NCBI GenBank assembly: GCA_964106915.2 | Contig: OZ066922.1 | DNA from: Podarcis gaigeae | Taxonomy: Eukaryota | Strand: one strand, 5' to 3' | DNA: 64,000 bases | Shown: positions 52,039-64,000 of the stretch, piece after piece | Layout: each line of letters begins with the position of its first letter | Numbering within the stretch: position 1 is the stretch's first letter | Position numbers and translations under genes: made by a program | The notes under the pieces: model-generated | What the model was told of the DNA's origin: nothing | What the model saw: the letters and a program-made list of their open reading frames with translations, nothing else | Databases searched by the model: none

Positions 52039-52185
52039 AGAATCATAGAATTGTAGAGTTGGAAGGGGTACGAAAGGTTCAACCCCCTGCAATGCAGGAG
52101 TCTCAATTAATGCATACATGACATATGGCTATCCTATGTTCTGCTTATAAACCTCCAGTGAATTAGAGTTCACCATCTCTGCAGA
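52039..52185 (-). mobile_element. CR1 3' end
   Basis: agaatcatagaattgtagagttggaagggg...caaccccctgcaatgcagga. Confidence 0.8.
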
Positions 52186-53080
52186 GAATAAGGTTTGGAG
52201 GAGCTTCTGCTTGTAGTTTGAGGTAGTCTAGACCAGACAAAGGTTTAACATGTGCATGAGAACTAGGCCTAGGTCACACTAGGAAGCTGTAAATAGAGGT
52301 GCCTCAGAGAATGGAAGACAGCTCTGTCTAAAGATCTCTGGCTTTGCCCGTATCAATAGAAGGTTTAAAAGATGTAATTCCTGTGACTGATGCTACTCAG
52401 CATCTTCATTTATGAACCAGCTAACAGGATGCCTTCAGATGTGTATATGCTATGCACTGGGGAGGAACTGCAAAATCCTTGGGGGTCTAGCTTAAGGCAG
52501 CCTTCCCCAGCTGGGAGCCCTCCAAAGGTTGTGGATTACAACTTCCATAAGAACATCCAATGGACAGGGATGGTGAGATTTGTAGTCTGATAACTATGTT
52601 TTTTATGCTGTGCGCCACCCTGAGATCTATAGCTATAGAGTGGTATTAAAATTAAATTAACAACAACATCTGCAGGTCAACAGCCTGGGATTGGCTGACT
52701 TAGCTATTCAAAGTGATGCTAATTTAAAATGCATACTCTGACAGCCAATGCAATTTAAGATGTCAAGTTTAAGATGCAAATTTAATTACATATTTTCATG
52801 CATATTTTGTTTTTAAAAAGATCCTAATTAACGCAAAAACAGGATGGGATGGACTTACACATGGAAAAGTGACACAGACTGGAAATAAACTAGAAATAGA
52901 CTAATTTGCCCTTCCCTAACTTGAACGCAAAGTAAACTAAAGAGATTTGGAAACCTTATCTGCAAACACCACATTTCCTTGCATCCTAGATACATTTAGA
53001 TATTGATTTTCCAGCTATGTACATTTTTCAGTCATTTTTTTTTCTAAATTACATTTCAGAATGTCAAATCTCACCACATT

Positions 53081-53687
53081 GACCTGGTTCACATATAACC
53101 TTAAGCCATGGTTAACCTTGGTCATAGTTAATTAAGGTTAACCATAGTTAAATATGAAGCATCTGGAAATAGATCACTTCACATCTTGGTATATTACATC
53201 TCCCATTAAAGGAGACACAAGCCAGGAAGAACTGCTCTTCGCTTGTGTCTGTAGCATTTGGGTAGTGAAGACTCCTTAAGGAAGAGACCCAATTTGCACC
53301 AAATGCTAAGCTATAGTTAACATTAAGGTTTATAAACTATCTACAGTGGTACCTCAGGTTAAGAACTTAATTTGTTCTGGAGGTCCGTTCTTAACCTGAA
53401 ACTGTTCTTAACCTGAGGTACCACTTTAGCTAATGGGGTCTTCCGCTGCTGCCGCATGGCTGGCGCACAATTTCATCCTGAAGCAAAGTTCTTAACCCAA
53501 GGTACTATTTCTGGGTTAGCAGACTCTTTAACCTGAAGCATCTGTAACCTGAAGTACCACTGTACAAACATTTATTAACAAGCAACCTTTAATTCTAATT
53601 AATAAATTATAGTTAAACTGCTGTGCTGGGTTCACACATAACCATAGTTTAAAAAACCATCTTTTGGGGTTATGTATGAACCAGGCC
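53081..53687. mobile_element. TIR element with 3-bp TSD (PIF/Harbinger-like) hosting a Tigger-like MITE
   Basis: GACCTGGTTCACATATAACC (53081-53100) versus GGTTATGTATGAACCAGGCC (53668-53687); ATT on both flanks. Confidence 0.6.
53344..53562. mobile_element. Tigger-like MITE, copy 4
   Basis: TA|CAGTGGTACCTCAGGTTA ... TAACCTGAAGTACCACTG|TA. Confidence 0.9.
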
Positions 53688-55949
53688 ATTGCATAAGCAG
53701 AAGATCAGAAATGCTGATTGTTTGTCATCCCAATTAATATAGTTATATAGCATTTCCAGAATAAAATATGAAATTTGAATGCAATACCAAATGATACAAA
53801 TAGAATAAAAAAGAATGGAGAGCCATTTCTAAGCCTTAATTTACAGACTCCAAACCCAATACTTAAAAAAAAAAAAAAAATTGTTACAGTGCTTAAAGGT
53901 TGTCTTTGTGCAATCGATGCATTTGAAGCTACATAAGCAGCCAGGTCTCCTCTAAGACATGCATCACATAAGGAAGGGAGATGTTATACAACGCTTGATG
54001 GGTTCATGAAAATGGAAATGCCTAAACATGGTAGCACTGGTCAGGAGTAGTAATGGCCCCTACTTCTAGACCCTTGTGCTGCACTGGTTTAATTAAATAG
54101 GTGAACAATTTAGCACTGTTACTTCCCCCCTCTCCTTCTTTCCTCTCCCTTGGGTTATACGTATCAAGCATCTATGTTGTTGGGAGCCAGTAGCCCTCCA
54201 GATGTTGTTGGGCTACAGATACCACGATCTCTGTCCACTGGCCATCCTGGATTGGCTGATGAGAGTTGGAATCCAGCAACATCTTGAAGTCCACAATATC
54301 TCCACCCCCTGGTGTAGGGACTGGTACATTTGGATATGTGCACCTGTCCTGGACTTTACATGCACACATCTCTAGTTCCTGCACTGTCAAGCTCTTTAGG
54401 AGCAACAACATCACACCAGCACAGCTTTCTATTACAGGAGAGGATTTGGCAAGTAGTTTCCTGCCGTATGGATGGGCTATTGTTTCAGAGCTGGGATTTT
54501 GTCATGGATTAAATAGACAGTGACTCCATCTAAGCCTTTATTTACGTAATAACAATGAAATCCAGTAAGAGATTGATCTGGAAGATGAAGGAAAAGTTAT
54601 CATAATAGCATGAAAAGCTCCAGTGTGCTAAGTAGTGCATTTCTTCAAGTGTGTGAGACTACAATGACCTGCCGTGGCAGAGCTATCACTACAAAAGAAG
54701 CTATTATGGTGACTCGGCAATCTATATTGTCCATAGGAACAATGTTAGCAGTAATGATACTAATTCTGAAACATGCTGTTTTGTATCATTAGCTTCAGAA
54801 TGCTGTTTATTTCACTAGACCCAGTGTAGCATAGAACATGATTTTTTCTAAGTACCTTTCCCTAGCTTTCTGTGACAGATATATTTGTTCTGGCCAACAA
54901 CACTGAGGATAGTCAGCGTTATGGGGGGGGGGGGGGAGGTTCTTCCACCTTACAGAGAAAACAATGGGTTGAACAGAAGCTTCCCATGGGAAATAAAAAA
55001 AATGGATTGCTCATATCCTTCCAATGTTATGTTAGTGTATTTCAAACTTCTGGAATGCTACGAGTCCTGTTTGTATGCATAATAATTTAAGCAGAAGTCA
55101 CAAATCCTTTTAATTGAAAAGAAAAAAGTGGGTATGATAGAAATAATAAATAAATCTTAGAAAAACATTTATAATATCCAGTGGTTCTGCTCGGGCCGGA
55201 ATACCAGGCATAGGGCCCAATAATACTAAATGACAGCATCATAAGGGGCAGGCGGTACATCTGATTTTCTTTGTAAGAATGCGTTGCTGCATTTGGAACA
55301 GTCATACCCACATGGTTCCAGAGGCACTTTGAGGTACTAAAGAGACAGGCACAACTGTTTGGACCATTGCTTGATGTATTTTTCTTTTTATTTTAAGAAA
55401 GATGCTGCAATAGAGACGGCCAATATTTGGTAAGGAGGAGGGGAAGAGTAGGGAGAGATGGAGGATAAGGAATGGCCCAGCCAGGCAGGCAGCAGAGAAA
55501 GGACCCTTCTATTTTTATAATCTTTCTTAATAACATTTTATATGGGTTTGGGGGAGTGCTGGAGACCTCATGCCAACAACCTCTGTATTGGGTTTCAAAG
55601 AAAGGTTAGAAAAAATGGGAGGGGTCTCTTCCTCTTAGGGTTGGGGGAGAAATTCAATTCACTTTGCATTTAAAGATGACTCCACCTAATTCCACCTGAA
55701 ACACAGTCATCCTTCAAAAGCTGGAGAACTTCATTGCAAAATGTGGACATGTGCAAATTTTGCAGGATAACAGTGGTTTTGATCTATAAAGCCTTAAATG
55801 GCTCAGGACCACAATACCTGAAGGACCGCCTCTCCCCATATAAACCATGTTGGACTTTGACCCTTCTTTGTGTGCCTCCTCCACTGAAGGGTGGCAACAT
55901 GAGAATGGACCTTCTTTGTAGTGGCTCCCCATTTGTAGAATGCTCCGGC

Positions 55950-56095
55950 CAGTGGCGTAGCGTGGGTTGTCAGCACCTGGGGCAAGGCAAGTAATTTGTG
56001 CCCCCTAACCCGTGGATTTGCGCCCCCTAACCCTAACCCCCAGATGTTGTGCCCGGTGCGGCCGGCCCCCCCTGCACCCCCACGCTACGCCACTG
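55950..56095. mobile_element. Young hAT MITE (146 bp) containing CCCTAA repeats
   Basis: Perfect 17-bp TIR CAGTGGCGTAGCGTGGG; perfect TSD GCTCCGGC at 55942-55949 and 56096-56103. Confidence 0.95.
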
Positions 56096-56115
56096 GCTCC
56101 GGCAGCTTCATTATA

Positions 56116-56325
56116 CAGTGGACCCTCCGGATACGAATTAAATTAAAGATAAACAGTGGGGGGGGGGTCTGTTCCAGGGGTCCGTCTGCAACCTGAAAAG
56201 TCCGTAGGCAGAGGTACCACTTCTGCACATGTGACCGCGGCAAAACCTGGAAGTATACATTTCTGGGTTTGCTGCGTTCGTAACCCAAAAGTTACGCATC
56301 CAGATCAGTACGTAACTAGAGGGTC
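56116..56325. mobile_element. Second Tigger-like MITE family, right end truncated
   Basis: TA|CAGTGGACCCTC ... GAGGGTC, with terminal CACTG-TA missing; body resembles the other Tigger-like copies. Confidence 0.75.
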
Positions 56326-56542
56326 TCTTCTTCAGCCAGGCCTTTGACTCACTGATATTCTACAGCCTTTTAATATGTGTCTGTGGGAAGGGAAGGTGTT
56401 ATTGCTTTGTTGTTTTGTTTTACTAGTTTATTTACTAGTTTTTATCTTGTATTTTATTCTGTGAAACGCCCTGAGATCTTATGATGAAGGGCTGTATATA
56501 AATCTAATAAAAACTAAAAAAATAACACCAGATAGCTCTTAA

Positions 56543-56691
56543 CATAGGAGCCAACTCCTAAGGACAGCGGGGGCTTCGGCCCTCCACAATAAAATATTTG
56601 AGGGGGCTGGGCCCCACCAAGTTGATGGGCATTGTCACTCTAATGGTGTGTGTGCGCCCCCGCATATTTTATTCAAGTTGTCACCCCCCTG
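56543..56691. mobile_element. hAT MITE with 8-bp TSD
   Basis: CATAGGAGCCAACT ... AGTTGTCACCCCCCTG; TSD GCTCTTAA at 56535-56542 and 56692-56699. Confidence 0.85.
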
Positions 56692-57622
56692 GCTCTTAAA
56701 CTATACTGGTTTTAGAATGTGAGAATCTTGCTCTCATCTCTCACTAAAATGGCATTCCTGGTTAAGCTGCTTTTCATAGAATGACCTAATTTGAAGTCTT
56801 TCTTCGTTGAGAAAGAATCGTTGAAGTTCTTTAGAGGGGGGCGGGACTCCTTCTTCTTTCCAAAGATTAATATGTAAGAGAGGTACTTTATCAAAGCAAG
56901 TTCTGAGTACTTCCTGTTTGTTTTCCATTTTTAAAAAATATTAATTCCCATTCCTCCAAAACACTGGCATTTTTTGAAAGGGCTTACTGTCTTTCCCCTT
57001 GAGTAACTCCAGTTTTAAAAGATTTGCCTGACAAGTCTGTTAGTGCTTTGGGAGCGAGTGAATGTTCCTGTGTAAAACTCCCGCAGATCTGAGACTTCTG
57101 CAAAGGACAAACCCTGCTGTTCATTTATTACTCCAATGAAACAAAAATTAATAAAGGGAGGAAAAGTAATTTAGAGTTATGATGGGTCAATTTTATTCCC
57201 TAGTATATTAACTTGTTAAGACTTGTTAGGCCTTACTGAAGATAGGCAAGAACTTTGATTTAAACGATGAAGGAGCAGAGTTATTGCTTGTCCATTGTGC
57301 CAAAAATCCTAGCGCCATATGGATTCTCATTAAGAGTGCTATGTCAAAAGTAAATTCTAGAAGTAAAGCCAATTCCACAGAGATATTTATGAACTAGACC
57401 TGATTGCATACCAATCTGTAATCAAGATCTGACAATGATAAGGCATATGATATCACCAAGGGTAAGGAAGAAATGTGATTTTGTTTCCATTTTAATGAGA
57501 AACTATCAAATTCACACTTCTCAACCTAAGGTGCAAATGAAAACACAGGTGCATTTCAAAATTTGATCCAGAAATCAAGAGACTGGTATTTGTGGCAAGA
57601 AATGGACCAGGAAAATGGGAAA

Positions 57623-57893
57623 GGGGTGAGCTCCTGTTGCTCGGTCCCTGCTCCTGCCAACCTAGCAGTTCAAAAGCATGAACTGCAAGTAGATAAATAG
57701 GTACCACTCTGGCGGGAAGGTAAATGGCATTTCTGTGCGCTGCTCTGGTTCACCAGAAGTGGCTTAGTCATGCTGGCCACATGACCTGGAAGCTGTATGC
57801 TGGCTCCTTCGGCCAGTAAAGTGAGATGAGCGCCGCACCCCCAGAGTCGTCTGGGACTGGACTTATGGTCAAGGGTCCCTTTACCTTTACCTA
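57623..57893 (+). mobile_element. Sauria SINE, 5'-truncated
   Basis: cctgccaacctagcagttc...gcaagtagataaatagg...ccctttacctttacct tail. Confidence 0.92.
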
Positions 57894-58603
57894 CTCTCTC
57901 CTACTACTCTTGCAGCTGCTGAGCTGCTCACCATAATGCAAGTCAGCTCCAGCAGCTGAGAGCAGCCATAGTCTTATGACCTCTGCCCCTGCAGCTACAT
58001 CTCTTGGCTGCAGCAGCAGCTACAAAGCAGAGACAGCTGCTGCTACAACTGGTTTTAACCGCCTTAACCCTACCCTCCAACATTCCTCAGATGAGAATAG
58101 GGACATCTCTCACTCCCCACAACTGACCCACCTTGCCCCCCCTTGCCCCCTGCTGAGCATTTTCTATCAGAAGGAGGGTGGATGCTGCCACTACCACACC
58201 AATGGGACACAACACACACGCCCCCCCTCCACACTGTCCAGAGAAAACCCCTTAATCCCAGTTTTGTTTTATTTTAGTCTTTGGTAGATTTACAGAAAGA
58301 AAAACACAAGCCAATAAATAAATGTTAGAAAGGGGCAAAATTAGATGCAGCTGCACAAAGCATTTAAAAACAAAAAAAAAACCTTAAGACTCATTGCTCA
58401 TTGCTCTCTGCTCTGCTCCCCCTTTCTTTCTGCCCAGGGCAGCCCTGCCCTCTGCCTGCCCCTCAGAGCCAGCGCTGGGCCTTGGTAGTGGCAGCCTCTC
58501 CTCCTTGTGTACAACACCTTCCACAGATAAATAGAATGAAATAGAATTTTAGCTGTAAGCTGCCTTGAGTGTCTGTCAGGGAAAAAGGTAGGCTATACTG
58601 AAA

Positions 58604-58860
58604 GCCAGGGTGGTGTAGTGGTTAAGAGCGGTGGACTCGTAATTGGTGACCTGGGTTCGATTCCCCGCTCCTCCACATGCAGCTGCTGGGTGACCTTGGG
58701 CTAGTCACACGTCTCTGAAGTCTATCAGCCTCACTCACCTCACAGAGTGTTTGTTGTGGGGAAGGAAGGGAGAGGAGATTGTTAGCTGCTTTGAGACTCC
58801 TTAGGGTAGTGATAAAGTGGGATATCAAATCCAAACTCTTCTACTAATACTAATACTAAT
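58604..58860 (+). mobile_element. Young tRNA-derived SINE, full length
   Basis: A box TGGTGTAGTGG, B box GGTTCGATTCC, (CTAATA)n tail; near-identical to the two minus-strand copies. Confidence 0.93.
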
Positions 58861-61800
58861 AGAAACTGTGAGAATACTTCTGAGTAAAAAGGCTTTGGAT
58901 TGCAGTGTAAGGCTGCCCAGTCTTTACCTAGTTACCTGTGAGTAAGCTCCACTGAATACAGTGGAACTTACTTCTGAGCAGACAGTGTAAGTCTCTATTT
59001 ACAACGAAGTATTCAACACGCCCTGTGTTTCCTAAGAAATGGCTGGCTGCTGAAGCATTGCAATTAAAGAATTTAACGTGGATTGGTGACCTTTTCCTAC
59101 AAAACTATAGAGAGGGCTTCGTATGCTGGTGTCACCATTTGCTTCTTATGGTGCATGCATTCTATTTTCAGGTTAAACAAGACTCAATTTTTGCACACAC
59201 ACACACACACACACACACTCCACTTTTAATTGTTCTCCGAGACGTGGAGGGGAGGAAAAAGGAAAAGCAGGACATTTCCGGGATCAAATCAGAAACCGGG
59301 ACAGCTTCTGTAATTAAGGGACTGTCCCTGGAAAATAGAGACACTTAGATGGTATGGGAACTCAATCCTATTAAGTTCAGTAGCACCTACTCCCAAGCAA
59401 GTTTTGACTGGATTCCAGCTGAAATGTACATGTGAGTTAAGTGAAAAAGGGGTTTTAGCCAACCATGTTCTGCTGATTTCTTTCCCTTTCCCTCACGGTT
59501 TGATTCCTGCCACTTTGGTGAAGGAGGGCTGTAAAGAGTTAGGCAAGTGGTTACTTAACACAATTTGTGTACCCATTCTATTTATTTCATTTATTTATTT
59601 TTTCCTATTATGTAGTTAGGAAAGGCCAAGCATGAAATTGGAGCCGCAAAGCGAGTCAGAATTTATTGATATGAATCTGCGGCTGAGGGCTCAATAGGTG
59701 TGCAGCAAAGCAGGAAGGGTAAAGGGGCTGAATAATTCATTGAACCTTTAAGCATCAACAAATACCACTTACAGTGAGGAATACCTACTTCACAACAGTG
59801 GATGTGAAGTGTGCACATAAAAGAGAATCGATGTTTCATGGACATGTTAGAGGAGAACATTACAATAAACACGGCCCTGGTGATTTTCTGGTAATTCTTG
59901 AAGGAAAACACAATACGCAAGTTATTTACCGAAAGGAATGGGGATTTCGCTTTTATTTAGCATTTAGTATTCTGTCTCCAAAGCAGCAAATCTAACACGG
60001 CAAACTCTAAAGGGAACTTGAGAGTCTGATGAAAAAATAATGCGATAAAAAAGAGGAAGGGGGGGGGGGAGTCCGTGGAATCAAATAGCTGCAGTAAGGC
60101 GGTAGTAATATTAATAGGAATTTATATTTGGTTACACAATCTTGCAAGCTGATGTGTATTGTAGCCAGAGAACACAGAAGAGAGTCAATCTCCCTTCAGA
60201 GCACAGATGCTAAATTTCAAAAGCAAACTCCTTTGGGGCAGAAATTTGTCATGCTTTCTGCTCATCCTAAAAGGTGTTTTGTAAAGCAATATGTGAAGTT
60301 TAAGTGAAATTGGTACAGTTCTTACTGAGTTGTTCCAAAAGTGTGATAAAAATATACTTTAAAAGTCTTTTATTTTACACATGTCTCATGAGGAGATGGG
60401 AATGCTGGGGGGGGGGGGATCAGTGCAGGTTTGAATGGTTTAGTGTGGCATCTTGTTTCAAAATTGTGTCCAGTTCTATCTGAACATAAGAATATCTGCT
60501 CCTTGAACTCAGGAACAATTGTCCAAAATTTGATTATGATATATTAAGAGGTGTCCAAATGCACAGATAATGAACCAGCATACAAAATAAATAGCGGGTT
60601 ACTTTAGAGGTTTATTATTATTAAGCAGCGGGTAGATCTTTGTACATAAAATAGATAGCAAGCAGGAATAGAATTCTTGTGTTAGGTTTTCCCTGAATGA
60701 TCTACCAGCTTCTGAATAGGCATAGATTTCCCCGTAGAAATGTTACTTGGAAGGAGAGCATTAAAATGCCGAAGAACCATAGCAGTGGCAAAGTCCCTGA
60801 CGGAGAAAGGAACAATGAATTTTTGAAGAATGCCTGATATGTTTTTTAAAAAAATGATATTTGGCCGGGTGTGTGTGTGGAGAGAGGCTAATATTAACGC
60901 TTTTTATTCTGATAGCAACAGCTTGAACTTTTCACTTGGAGGATGCTCTTTCAATTTCACATTACCTAACACAATGTAGTGAGGACAAAAAAGAAGCGTC
61001 TGGAGTTCATTCTGGCTCCACTGTTTTAGATACGCCTGCTAAAATCCCATTATTAGTTAAGCTCACACCTTAATTTTAATGTCCTCTTTCCACTGTGTGT
61101 TTTGAATGCCAACAAGGGTGTTAATCAAAACAATCTGTTGAATCTGAAGCATTTAAAATTGCTTTGCATTTTGGATACTTCTACATAACTCCTAGAAACC
61201 TCAAATCTTCAACACCTATTCTCTCACATTAACTGCAGTTTTCCTTTGAGACTTAACTTGGGGCAAGCTTTCCTACTCAGACACCCCCTGTGCCTTCCTT
61301 TAATGAGTCACTGAAACTTACTTTTACTGAGTTTCTTCAGGGAATGTAACAATATAGTTCTCTTCTAGGTGTCAAGTAAGAGAGATGATAAAAAAAAAAT
61401 CACAGAAAGGTAGGTTCTCAACAGAATTGTACGGAACAAAATTGCATAAGTTGATGCCGAATATTGAAAAGTCAGGAGTTTAGCTGGTTTTAGTTGTATG
61501 TCTAAGCCATGTAGGCATCCTTGCACAATAAGGACTATCAGCAAACATAGGGGAACCCTTGAGAAAGAAGCTTTCTTCCAAAAAACAGCATGCCCAGTGG
61601 GCTCAAAATACTAGCTGATGCTTTTTGAGGGAAACATAAAACAGGGGAACAGGGGATGGAATAGAATGTTTAGAGTCCTGAACAGGGTGCAATCCACACA
61701 GCAACATTTTTTCACCAATCCAAATAATGGTGTGCAACTTGTGCTAAAAGAGAAAAAAAAATCTTTGGCAAGGTAGTTGGCACTCAACACCAAGAAAAGC

Positions 61801-61937
61801 TTGATATAATATTTGCATAATTTATTCTGTTGCTAGCGGCTTTGGGAAGTGACAGCTTTGGATTCTGGAAATGTTATTTAACCACCCCCTTTATTTCTGC
61901 TTCTGTGGTCTGCCTTTGCAACCGCAAGGGCTACAAG

Positions 61938-61941
61938 CTTT

Positions 61942-61988
<47 letters not shown>
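61938..61988. repeat. (TTTC)n microsatellite
   Basis: Direct sequence. Confidence 0.96.
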
Positions 61989-62579
61989 AAAGAATTAAAG
62001 CTGAAATTCCAAGCAAACTAATTGCATCTACTTGTTTGCCCTTTTAACTCATGTAACTATCAAGAAGGGTTCATCCATAATTTGGAATGGTCAGAGACCA
62101 ATATCCTAGATTGGTGGGGGGACCCCAGTCACTCAGGAGGATTTTGCCACTCATCTACTATGGATCCACCATGATGATCCAAAACCTTCATCTAAGTGAA
62201 GAGCATAATGACCAGCTTTCTACTGGAATAAAATGTATAACTGAAGCCTGAGTAATCTAACTTGCAGTACCTCCACAAGAAGAATCCTTCTCAACTGGTC
62301 ATAGCCCTCTTTAGGATGTATTTTCAGGTGTCAATTGAACAGGTAGGGTGGGATGCAGGGACAAGCACACAAGCTCTACCCCCATCCCCTGTCACACGGG
62401 GTTTCAAAAGATCCTGCACGGGTTTTCAAAAGAAACTGCAAGGCAATTGAAACAGCATCAGAGGAGGGCAGTGCCACTGTCCCCACTCAGGGATGGATTA
62501 ACACCTGAAGGTGGCTAGAGCCACAGTCCTTTCCCAAATTGAAATATAGCCCATATTATATTGGATATGCCTTACACTT

Positions 62580-62580
<1 letters not shown>

Positions 62581-62611
<31 letters not shown>
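62581..62611. repeat. (CA)n microsatellite
   Basis: Direct sequence. Confidence 0.97.
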
Positions 62612-62615
<4 letters not shown>

Positions 62616-64000
62616 AAGCCAATGACATACACAATGTCAAGATTTCCAGCCCGTCTATTCTCGCCACACATCATCAACACCAGCTGTAGCCCAATTAAGC
62701 TCACCAGTGCACATCTGTTCACAGGAATGACTAACAAAAGTACAGTTCCCTTTAGGGCTTTTTAAAAAATATGAGAGGATTCCCCCACACACACACACCT
62801 TTGAACATACAGGCTAAACAATGTAACTGTAGAAAAAGAATTTAGATCCAGTCATTGCGGGGGGTGGGGGAGAGAGACAATCAACACAAGTGGGAGCCTA
62901 ATTAAACAGAACAGGTTTCAGGCATGTATTGTGCAGAATGCAGGGCAGAATCATAGATTTTGAGAGCTGCAAGCATGCTTGCATGTTACATGCATAAATT
63001 AAGGTATCTGAAAGGGCATTGGATGGTAAGACCTGATTTTCTCTCACACTCTCTTTTTCTGACAGCTCTTTTATAAAACCCACATCTTTAAAATTTAGCA
63101 AAGTTGATCTGCAGTAAGACTATGATTATCAAACGTATTCCAATGTAGATTGCAAAAATCATGAAGAACACTATTCTGAAATTGTGCTTTGATCCAAAAT
63201 CCATCTGATTTGATTTGACAAGGCACAATACTGAACAGAAGATTCATCAGAATCTGCCAGGGCTATGCTATTGCCCACTTATACAAAACATGCACAGGTG
63301 CTTCCCAGGCCACTGCAATCTAGTAAGAAGTGGACATTCAGAAGCAAAATCCTACTCCAGGGAGGAGGAACCTGTGACTGTCTTGATGTTATTGGATTCC
63401 ATGTATTGCCAGTTCCAGACAGCAAAGTCATTAGCAGTGGCAATAGCACAGGTTCACCCACTCCAAACCCAAACACGATTTCATTGTTGCTGCTGCTCCA
63501 GAAGCAGCAACTCCTTGGGAAGCCTGGTCACTATTTTTCATCCTCCAAAATACATGGGCACAAAGCATCATTCTAGGGCCTTGTGTGTGTCAAATTGCAG
63601 GCACATTTTTAAAAAATGTGGAACGTTATGAGAAAATTCTATAAAGTGGCCATTTTTCTGATAGGTGAGCGAGAAGAAAAAGTTCAAAAATGTTCTCAGG
63701 AAAACATCTCTGAGAAATATTTGGCTCAGTGATACAGTAAATAGTGGAAAGGATACAATTTGTACGCATGTTGGGTCATAGGTGCTGCTGCTGGAATAAG
63801 TAAATTAATTATCTTCCCCAGCCTCATAAACCAGCTCATTGAGTTTTCTTGCAAGCTTGGGTAGGAGGAAAAATGATCCCCTTTGGGACTAAGCTTTGAC
63901 AAACGTGGAACTAAGCTTTGAAAAACATGTGACTAAATTCCAAAGGGAATGGTTGAGAACAGCCCTCCCCCCTTCTGCCCTGCTGTCATTCTCACTGTTC

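Larger units (their letters stand above)
55775..56522 (+). mobile_element. L2 3' fragment interrupted by two MITEs
   Basis: VLIYKALNGSGPQYLKDRLSPY motif; resumes at ~56326 with a 3' UTR (gaaacgccctgagatc...gatgaagggc.gtatataaat) and an A-rich tail. Confidence 0.85.

Noticed and set aside
56712-56928. Minus-strand protein-like ORFs (ELQRFFLNEERLQIR)
   Set aside because: No convincing splice sites and no recognised homology
58604-58680. tRNA gene
   Set aside because: A/B boxes are present, but it is the head of a SINE with body, tail and two other copies in the window
62171-62252. C/D box snoRNA (ATGATGA ... CTGA)
   Set aside because: No terminal stem and no recognisable rRNA antisense element; such boxes are common by chance
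63215-63631. Overlapping 138-aa and 103-aa ORFs
   Set aside because: No recognisable domain or exon boundaries; probably chance or a very old repeat

Overview
Vertebrate genomic DNA, not prokaryotic. The repeat content points to a squamate, probably a lacertid lizard (inference): Sauria SINEs with (ACCTTT)n tails, a tRNA-head SINE with a (TTC)n/(CTA)n tail, CR1, L2, RTE and L1-clade LINE 3' ends, and Tigger-like and hAT-like MITEs. The window looks like a large intron or gene desert. I can support no host protein-coding gene. The listed ORFs are chance ORFs or remnants of LINE ORF2, an LTR or a transposase. Best-supported structures: a 442-bp solo LTR with a 5-bp TSD (41046-41487); an RTE LINE 3' fragment with a perfect 31-bp TSD (11935-12794); several hAT MITEs with 8-bp TSDs, one carrying CCCTAA telomere-type repeats and one whose right TIR plus TSD was tandemly duplicated; four TA-flanked Tigger-like MITEs; a possible decayed hAT transposase dimerization domain; and a CpG-retaining, highly structured ~790-bp element (27707-28493) with no TSD that may derive from a DIRS/Ngaro element. 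A few candidate short exons and enhancer-like blocks are flagged at low confidence. I found no convincing novel biological system. Family assignments rest on remembered motifs and need Dfam/Repbase confirmation.
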